Origin: a virus
Taxonomy: Duplodnaviria > Caudoviricetes
DNA length: 64,000 nucleotides
Strand: one strand, 5' to 3'
IMG/VR virus record: IMGVR_UViG_2974671799_000001
Coordinates: 96,001-160,000 of that record
Below are positions 57,234 to 64,000 of this stretch, piece by piece. Numbering within the stretch: position 1 is the stretch's first letter; every line of letters begins with the position of its first letter. The translations under genes were made by a program, and so were the position numbers. The notes below the pieces were generated by a model. That model had not been told where the DNA came from, did not search any database, and worked only from the letters and a program-made list of their open reading frames with translations.

Positions 57234-60200
57234 ATGAAAAAATCAAATTCAATGGCACAGCAACTTTTTGACGTGAATCGATTAAACGATAATGCGTTGA
57301 AATTTATGCAAGCAATTTATGAAGCCATTACATCCGATAAAGAAAATATCACCACAACATTAGATTTGGGTGATGGTTCGACTAGGGATGTTATCATACC
57401 ATCAAATATATTCTTAAAATCGGAAGTTGAGCGAATGAAAGCTTCTTTTGAAAATATGATTGGTTTAGGAACATCTAGAGTAGGAACAATTGTATCAATT
57501 AATGATGGTGCTAACGATAAATTAAGGAACATAATTTTAAGTACTTTCAAAAAGGCTTTGGATAGAATGACGTTATCTGAAATGAGTTTTAAAAACCATA
57601 TTTCGGTATCACAAAATCCATTGATTGATAAGTTACTTTCGCCATTAACACATTTAGATGTTGAGTTACCTGAACGTTTCAATAATGAAAAGAATGTGGT
57701 AACTACTAAGTTTTTTGTTGAAAATTTAGATGGTTTGTCTGATGGGATGTCATATTCAGAAGTTAGGCAATATTTATCTACTAATAATGTATCATATACA
57801 ATTAAAGAAGATGTTTTAAAGTTAAATCCAACAAAGCAACGTTTTTATGGTGATTTCATGGTTATGTCAATAACAAGTAACGATGATGATACTTTAACTT
57901 GTAGAGTTGATAAATTAACATATAGTGATTCGTTGAATATTGTAGAAGATTCAAGGGAATTACAATTAGGTGATGAGCTTATAACTAGTGATGGATTAAC
58001 TCTTTATAAAGTTACTCGTGTTGTTAATGATGGTTTAGGAATTTATGTTACAATCAAATTAATAAGTGGTTTAAGTGCATTAGAAGTTGGTATAGGTGCA
58101 TTACAATACCGAGACAATACAACACCAGTTAAAACGGCTTCAATCCCTATTAAGGGTCAAGATAAAATCGTTTTATTCATTTCAAGTTTAGATGATAAAA
58201 ATGATGTGCAGGGTGTTTACTCTGATGCTAAGATTTTAGATACTGATTCATTAAAGATTTTATCTAATGGTATTGAGTTTAATTTCAATACTTATTATGC
58301 AAGTAATATTTTAGGATTAGGTGAATATTTGGAATCTGTTGTTCAAGAAAACACCGTTCCGAGAGCTTTAGCTAGTGATATCACGAAACCTGAATTAGAT
58401 GATAGTTATTTCAAGGTTGTTCAGGTAAATAAGCATATAACAAACACGGCAGATTCACAGAAGTTAAAGAGATATTCAGCAGAAAAGCAAAGATTGCGTT
58501 CACAAATACTTAAAACTTCTGATAAAATATACAGTTTAAGAACAAAAATAGGAAAAGGTCAATATAAATCGAAGGATGAGAAATCACAAGACGAATCAGC
58601 TTTAAATTTATTGATAAATAAATTACAAACAGAACAAAGCGAATTTTCATCAACTGTTGATAATATAGCTAGTTTGGCATCATTTGCGAATGCACCAAAA
58701 GCATCACCTAAGTATAGAGTTTTAGGTTTTTGGGAGATTGATGAGCCGACATCAAGTATCACAGGAGATTTACAAAGAATTGTTCAGTATAACATACGTT
58801 ACAAATATGTTCCAACAAATTCTGATGTTAGTGAACCTAGTTCTATAATGGTTGGTGATATTGATGCGTCTATATCATCTTGGAATGAATTGAAATCAGT
58901 TCCATTAAAGAAAACATTTGATGTGAATAGAAATAAATTTGTTTGGGATTCTGTTAATATTTCTGATGCTGACGTTAATAACATAAACCAAGTTGAGATA
59001 CCTATTTCATATGGTGAAAATGTTATTATTCAAGTTCAAGCTATTGGTGAAGCAGGATATCCAAGTAATCCAATATTATCTGAATGGAGTAGTCCTATAA
59101 AAGTTTCTTTTCCCGAAGAGTTGGCACAAGATGAAGATATAAAATCTATCGTTGAAGATAATAAACAAGATTTAATCAATACTAGTGTAAATAAGGAGTT
59201 TGAATCTAGGGGTATTGATAAATTAATGGGATTAGGTTATACAGAACAAGAGCGATATTTTCCTTTAGGTGTTAAGGATATTGCTTCGGGTCAATTCACA
59301 ACAGAACAAAAAACAATTTCTCTCGAAGAGTTGATAAAGTCTATGCAAACTGAGATTATTTCGTTAAGAGATATAGTTAATAGACGTACAACATCATATA
59401 GTGTAGAATTAGTTACAGGAGATAGAACATCACCTATAAATAAATTACAAACAATAGAAGTATTTGCGGGTAATTATACAGATGAGGTTGATGTAAACGT
59501 AGAATCTAATTACGGTGCTATTGTTGAGAAGGAATTTTATATTAAATTGATTAATAACAATGCTAATACAGCAGATATAACATCAATATCTAGTGGTTTA
59601 TTAACTGGTGTTACCGACAACAATAATTATAAAGATGTTGGTTTTGCGAAACATGGAACAAACACCAAACAAGCTCAAAAAAATGGGCAAATTATCTACC
59701 TTAGAAATAGAGACGTAAGTGGTTCTAATGAATTGGTTTACGTAAACAATTCACAGTCAAGCACGGAAATCGACTCAGGTGATAAAGAAACCACTACTGT
59801 TGAAGCTGAAAAAACTATTGTTGAATATGATGGTTCTAGCTTTAATAGGGTTAAATTAAGTAATGCTTCAACAGGTATAGGATATGTAGCAATGTCAATA
59901 AATCATCCTTTATATCAAGCATACTTACAAGATACAACAAATAGTACGTTATCTGATGCTTTAGTAGCTGAGTTTGAAAGAATACAAGAGTTTAACGATT
60001 CTTTATTGGAAGATAATAAACAACAAGATTTATCATCAATAGATTATATGGGATTTGTTGATAATGATAAATACATTTTAGGTAGAAATAGTACTGGTGC
60101 AAGACTATTCATGAGACTTACAGATATTCAAAATATTCAAGTTTCTAGCTCGGATTCATCAGCATCTATTCAATTACATAATGGTGAACAAAACGCATTA

Positions 60201-60464
60201 TTAATACCTGTTGTTTTCCAGTTTAGAATGATAGATATTTTAGGTAGAATAAATGGTGATTCTAAATTATCATTATCTGCATCAAATATCGAATATAAAA
60301 AGAAAATGGGTGTCGATTTAATAGTAGGTAATGAGCTATTTAAGTTTGATATAGTTGTAAGTGCTAAGTTTAGAAAAACAACATTAAGCGTTACAAGTTC
60401 AGAAACTAGTCAAGTTATTAGTGCTATTGATACTCAATCATCTAACAGACCAAATATTTTATAA
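57234..60464 (+). CDS. Large putative virion structural protein (1076 aa)
   Basis: Beta-rich with a central coiled coil and an FN3-like segment (YNIRYKY...IQVQAIGEAG...SEWS); late-type box upstream. Confidence 0.65.
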   Translation: MKKSNSMAQQLFDVNRLNDNALKFMQAIYEAITSDKENITTTLDLGDGSTRDVIIPSNIFLKSEVERMKASFENMIGLGTSRVGTIVSINDGANDKLRNIILSTFKKALDRMTLSEMSFKNHISVSQNPLIDKLLSPLTHLDVELPERFNNEKNVVTTKFFVENLDGLSDGMSYSEVRQYLSTNNVSYTIKEDVLKLNPTKQRFYGDFMVMSITSNDDDTLTCRVDKLTYSDSLNIVEDSRELQLGDELITSDGLTLYKVTRVVNDGLGIYVTIKLISGLSALEVGIGALQYRDNTTPVKTASIPIKGQDKIVLFISSLDDKNDVQGVYSDAKILDTDSLKILSNGIEFNFNTYYASNILGLGEYLESVVQENTVPRALASDITKPELDDSYFKVVQVNKHITNTADSQKLKRYSAEKQRLRSQILKTSDKIYSLRTKIGKGQYKSKDEKSQDESALNLLINKLQTEQSEFSSTVDNIASLASFANAPKASPKYRVLGFWEIDEPTSSITGDLQRIVQYNIRYKYVPTNSDVSEPSSIMVGDIDASISSWNELKSVPLKKTFDVNRNKFVWDSVNISDADVNNINQVEIPISYGENVIIQVQAIGEAGYPSNPILSEWSSPIKVSFPEELAQDEDIKSIVEDNKQDLINTSVNKEFESRGIDKLMGLGYTEQERYFPLGVKDIASGQFTTEQKTISLEELIKSMQTEIISLRDIVNRRTTSYSVELVTGDRTSPINKLQTIEVFAGNYTDEVDVNVESNYGAIVEKEFYIKLINNNANTADITSISSGLLTGVTDNNNYKDVGFAKHGTNTKQAQKNGQIIYLRNRDVSGSNELVYVNNSQSSTEIDSGDKETTTVEAEKTIVEYDGSSFNRVKLSNASTGIGYVAMSINHPLYQAYLQDTTNSTLSDALVAEFERIQEFNDSLLEDNKQQDLSSIDYMGFVDNDKYILGRNSTGARLFMRLTDIQNIQVSSSDSSASIQLHNGEQNALLIPVVFQFRMIDILGRINGDSKLSLSASNIEYKKKMGVDLIVGNELFKFDIVVSAKFRKTTLSVTSSETSQVISAIDTQSSNRPNIL

Positions 60465-60467
60465 TAA

Positions 60468-63400
60468 ATGGATAATTTACAATCAAGTGGGTTAAACCTA
60501 CGAAATATTAAACTTAGAGACTTAAATACATTAGTCTCAGATATACAATATAACTTCCAACAGATAGTGCAACTACCTGGTTTTAAGGGTGTTACAGGTA
60601 AAGATGGGTTATCTATTACTGGTGCTACTGGTGAGCGTGGTAATAAATGGGTTTTTGCTAATTCAGCATCATTCATAACTGAATATGTTACCGTAACCAC
60701 ATCAGGACAAGTTACACTAAACTTTTTAAATTCACAGTTAACAGCCGACTTAGCTCGGTTGTTAACTACTTTGGGTATTGATAAGTTGGTTGGAAATGAT
60801 ATAATTGTTTTACCATCTAGAGACGTTATACAGTTCAGTAGTTTAACAAATGAATTTGTATCTACTGGTATTAGATTTGCTGACGGTCTTTCATTAAATG
60901 AAGAAGAGGTTATCGAAATTATTAATGAGGTTTTAGGAGGTCTTAATAACAATGATGTTTACGGTATTTATAAGGGTATAATAAAAAACTATGCTGATAA
61001 TAGTGCGGGTCTAAACAATCAATCAAATTACAATTCTATTATTGATTTACCAGTATCGGGTTCGGGTATTGGTTTGGAAACTAATGATTTCATTTTTTCT
61101 GCAATAAAAGAGGCAAATATCGGTAATGGTGTTAATACCATGTTTTTAACAGGTTCACCAAAAGATTATCATAATTTGGCTCAAAAAACATTGACCAACA
61201 AAACTGTTGATTATATGGCAGGTGTTGATGATTTTGGTGCTTTGGCTGTTTTACAAAACTCATACAAAAATGGTATTTTAATAGGTCATAAAGATTCTAA
61301 TGATTTTAGTACATGGGGTAGAATTTTCAGAACAGAAAACAAGTTAAGATTTTTATCAGATTATGACCCTAAATTAGATGAAGTTGGAAGATTGGATTTA
61401 GCCAAGTCGGGAACTGTTTTATTTTCACCGAAGGATTTACAATTAATGATTAAGAACGGTGTTCTAAAAATGACTGATTATAAAACAAATTATGATTGGT
61501 TGGATGCTACTAGTGAAAGAATGGTTTTAGGTAATGCTAATTTACCTTACGTTTCAATATACTCTAAAAATTATGCAAAATTATACACAAGTATAGGAGC
61601 TAATACACAAATTTTAGGACTTTATGGCAATGAATTAAAAGCATCTATTTTTCAACCAAAAAATGATTTACTTGTTAATGACCAAAATTTATTGGTCACA
61701 CATAATATTTTATTTGATATCAAAGAAGATTTAGAAACATGGATTGATGATTTAGATGATAGAGTAAGTATATTAGAATCTCAAAATGTTTATAGACAAC
61801 AAACTAGATTAGTTGGTAACGCAAACGCAAACCTTTTAACTCAATTCGGTTTATACGATATTAGATATAATTCAAGTGCATCATATACAAATTTCCCAAA
61901 TAATACATTATCTAACGGATTTGCAACAAATGCGTATTTAAAAGTAAATAGGTTTGATGAAGGTACAAATGTTGTTATTGAACAAGAATATGTTAATAAA
62001 TCAGCATCAAATAACTATTTGGTTACATCAAAAAGACAGGGTATTTCAAACGATAGCGGTTCTACATTCACATGGTCAAATTGGACTGTTTTACTAGATT
62101 CTAGAAATTCATTATTCAAAGGCGATGGTTTATCTATTGTTATAGAAAATGAGACATTTGGTGATAGTGGTAAATTAGTTATAAAACATAAAGCAGGTGT
62201 TGGTTCTAAGGTAGAAGCTGAAAATCCAACAACAGATTCACATAAAGTTGTCCGAGGTTTGAATTTAGATTCAAGCGGACACCCTACAAGTGTTATAGCA
62301 CAAGATTTAGATGAGTGGTACTATGATAAAATTGAGATTGATAAACTTTTACGCTCGAATTTACCAATTGGAACAATAGTTATTTGGAGTGGTAATCCTA
62401 ATACAATTCCTGCGGGATTTATTTTATGTGATGGTAATAATGATACACCAAATTACGGTGGTAGGTTCTTAGTTGGATATGATGCAACAAACACAGATTA
62501 TAATGTTGTAGGTGCTAGAGGTGGTGAAGCTTTCGTTACACTAACAAAAGCACAAATGCCTATACACTCACATGGTGGTGTTACAGGTTCAGGTGGTGTT
62601 CACGACCATACAATAAGATTTAGATATTCAGGTGCTGAACAAGATAATCAAATTGGTTTCTTACAACCTGAGTGGTGGACTGACCAAACTAATATGGGTG
62701 AAAGTGGTGGTAATGGTACAGATAATGGCTATGTTAATGTAACAATACCATCAAGTGATGCGCATAACCACACAATTCAATCAGAGGGTGGTGGTCAAGC
62801 ACATGAAAATAGACCACCTTATGAAGTTGTTTGCTTTATCATGTTTGTTGGTTTCGGAGTTCCGTCAGTTACTTCACCAACAAATTTAAGTACAACAGTT
62901 GGTTTACCTTTTTCTGTAGTTCCTGATAGTATTGGTGTGGTAACATCATGGAGTGCTACAAATTTACCTTTAGGATTGAGTATTAATCCTACAACTGGTG
63001 AAATTTCGGGTATTCCAACAACACCAAGTAATAATGAAGTTACATTAATCGCTACAAACTCTAACGGTTCATCAGCACCATATAAGTTTTTCATAAATGT
63101 TGAACCATTCTTAGGTAGTGTTCCTGTAATCACGTCAGGTAATGTAATTGATGTTGAGGTTGGTCAATCATTTTCATATAGAATTACAGCAAGTGGTGAC
63201 CCTACTTCTTTTGGAGCTACTGGTTTACCATCATGGATGAGTTTAGATACAACAACAGGATTTATAACTGGCACAGTTCCGTTAGGAACACCACAAAGTT
63301 TATTTGAAATTAATGTAAGTGCTATTAATGGTTCGGGTACAGGTTCACAAAATGTTTCAGTTATTGTTACATCTTTAGCTACGATAAATGCACCTTTATT

Positions 63401-63680
63401 AATAGGTGGTGGACTTACAAGAAGTTTCTATACTGGTGAGTCTGTTTCATATAGTCATATTAATGGTGGTGGTACTGCTACGAATTGGAGTGCTTTAGGT
63501 TTACCAACAGGTTTAAGTATCAATGCTTCAACTGGTAGAATCACAGGAACTATAAATTTCGCTTATTCGGGCGAAACATTTAATGTGCAAGTTACAGCAT
63601 CTAACGCGGCAGGAATTTCAACAATATCATATAACATTTATGTTTATAGTGATTTTGGTGGTGATTTTAGAATAAATTAA
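60468..63680 (+). CDS. Tail fibre with collar domain and three C-terminal Ig-like (He_PIG-type) domains
   Basis: Short GxxG collagen-like run; tail-collar PIGTIVIWSG...GFILCDG and HSH/HDH/HNH motifs; three LP.GL.I...TG.I.G Ig repeats. Confidence 0.8.
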   Translation: MDNLQSSGLNLRNIKLRDLNTLVSDIQYNFQQIVQLPGFKGVTGKDGLSITGATGERGNKWVFANSASFITEYVTVTTSGQVTLNFLNSQLTADLARLLTTLGIDKLVGNDIIVLPSRDVIQFSSLTNEFVSTGIRFADGLSLNEEEVIEIINEVLGGLNNNDVYGIYKGIIKNYADNSAGLNNQSNYNSIIDLPVSGSGIGLETNDFIFSAIKEANIGNGVNTMFLTGSPKDYHNLAQKTLTNKTVDYMAGVDDFGALAVLQNSYKNGILIGHKDSNDFSTWGRIFRTENKLRFLSDYDPKLDEVGRLDLAKSGTVLFSPKDLQLMIKNGVLKMTDYKTNYDWLDATSERMVLGNANLPYVSIYSKNYAKLYTSIGANTQILGLYGNELKASIFQPKNDLLVNDQNLLVTHNILFDIKEDLETWIDDLDDRVSILESQNVYRQQTRLVGNANANLLTQFGLYDIRYNSSASYTNFPNNTLSNGFATNAYLKVNRFDEGTNVVIEQEYVNKSASNNYLVTSKRQGISNDSGSTFTWSNWTVLLDSRNSLFKGDGLSIVIENETFGDSGKLVIKHKAGVGSKVEAENPTTDSHKVVRGLNLDSSGHPTSVIAQDLDEWYYDKIEIDKLLRSNLPIGTIVIWSGNPNTIPAGFILCDGNNDTPNYGGRFLVGYDATNTDYNVVGARGGEAFVTLTKAQMPIHSHGGVTGSGGVHDHTIRFRYSGAEQDNQIGFLQPEWWTDQTNMGESGGNGTDNGYVNVTIPSSDAHNHTIQSEGGGQAHENRPPYEVVCFIMFVGFGVPSVTSPTNLSTTVGLPFSVVPDSIGVVTSWSATNLPLGLSINPTTGEISGIPTTPSNNEVTLIATNSNGSSAPYKFFINVEPFLGSVPVITSGNVIDVEVGQSFSYRITASGDPTSFGATGLPSWMSLDTTTGFITGTVPLGTPQSLFEINVSAINGSGTGSQNVSVIVTSLATINAPLLIGGGLTRSFYTGESVSYSHINGGGTATNWSALGLPTGLSINASTGRITGTINFAYSGETFNVQVTASNAAGISTISYNIYVYSDFGGDFRIN

Positions 63681-63701
63681 AATATATTTTTTTCATTCTT
63701 T

Positions 63702-63738
63702 AGGGTGGGTAATGCAATTTTTGTATGCCCACCTTTTT
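63702..63738 (+). terminator. Terminator
   Basis: GGTGGG / CCCACC stem followed by TTTTT. Confidence 0.65.
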
Positions 63739-63762
63739 ATTTTTATGGTAAAAAACGTTTTT

Positions 63763-63775
63763 AATTGTTATATTA
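63763..63775 (+). promoter_or_regulatory. 13-bp upstream motif AATTGTTATATTA (copy 4)
   Basis: 32 nt upstream of ATG 63808. Confidence 0.65.
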
Positions 63776-63807
63776 ATTAAAGAAATTAACTTATAAATAT
63801 TTAGATT

Positions 63808-64000
63808 ATGAAAAATTTAAGTACTGGTATGTACGTAAAAAAGAACGGTGAAAAGTCAGCTTCGATAGAGGTTGCTAGTTTCCAAAATGGTTTTGCAATA
63901 TTATCTGATGGTAAGTATTTGAAAATTGATGAATTAATGAGGGATTGGATGCAACCTTCTGTTAGATTAGCACCTGATTTTAGGACTGGTGATGAATTAA
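63808..64000 (+). CDS. Hypothetical protein, truncated by the window end
   Basis: Open frame MKNLSTGMYVKKNGEKSASIEVASF... to the window end. Confidence 0.6.
   Translation, partial: MKNLSTGMYVKKNGEKSASIEVASFQNGFAILSDGKYLKIDELMRDWMQPSVRLAPDFRTGDEL

Noticed and set aside
1-64000. Stop-codon reassignment as in some Bacteroidetes phages
   Set aside because: Standard code gives full-length genes at high density, and TAG ends genes normally (e.g. 39789, 52761, 57105)
1-64000. tRNA, rRNA or integrase genes
   Set aside because: None recognised by eye; intergenic gaps lack cloverleaf motifs. A tRNAscan or Infernal run would be needed to exclude them fully.

Overview
This is a very AT-rich 64 kb segment of a large T4-like (myovirus, probably jumbo) phage. 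Its host is most likely a Bacteroidetes bacterium (Flavobacteriia-type), because several non-structural genes carry TTTG-N19/20-TAnnTTTG promoters. The left part (minus strand) encodes tail sheath, large terminase, a 3229-aa modular fibre, major capsid, a fused prohead protease-scaffold, a T5 A1-like nuclease, portal and gp2. The middle (about 23-43 kb) mixes structural genes, a DinG helicase, an RNase H/5' exonuclease, a SprT-like peptidase and two ADP-ribosyltransferase-like genes. It is bracketed by a 150-bp, 90%-identical non-coding inverted repeat. The right part (plus strand) encodes a family B DNA polymerase split into two genes around a clamp-like gene, ES-rich putative internal head proteins, a gp55-like late sigma factor, and tail, baseplate, neck and fibre genes. 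The most notable unexplained signals are four: the paired inverted elements with their TTAACA and IHF-like boxes; a terminator-insulated 34-aa peptide gene behind four 11-bp-phased boxes; a candidate capsid-targeting and protease-cleavage (hydrophobic-x-E|S) code shared by likely injected effectors; and a 13-bp phage-specific upstream motif. All product calls come from reading motifs by eye; no database search was run.
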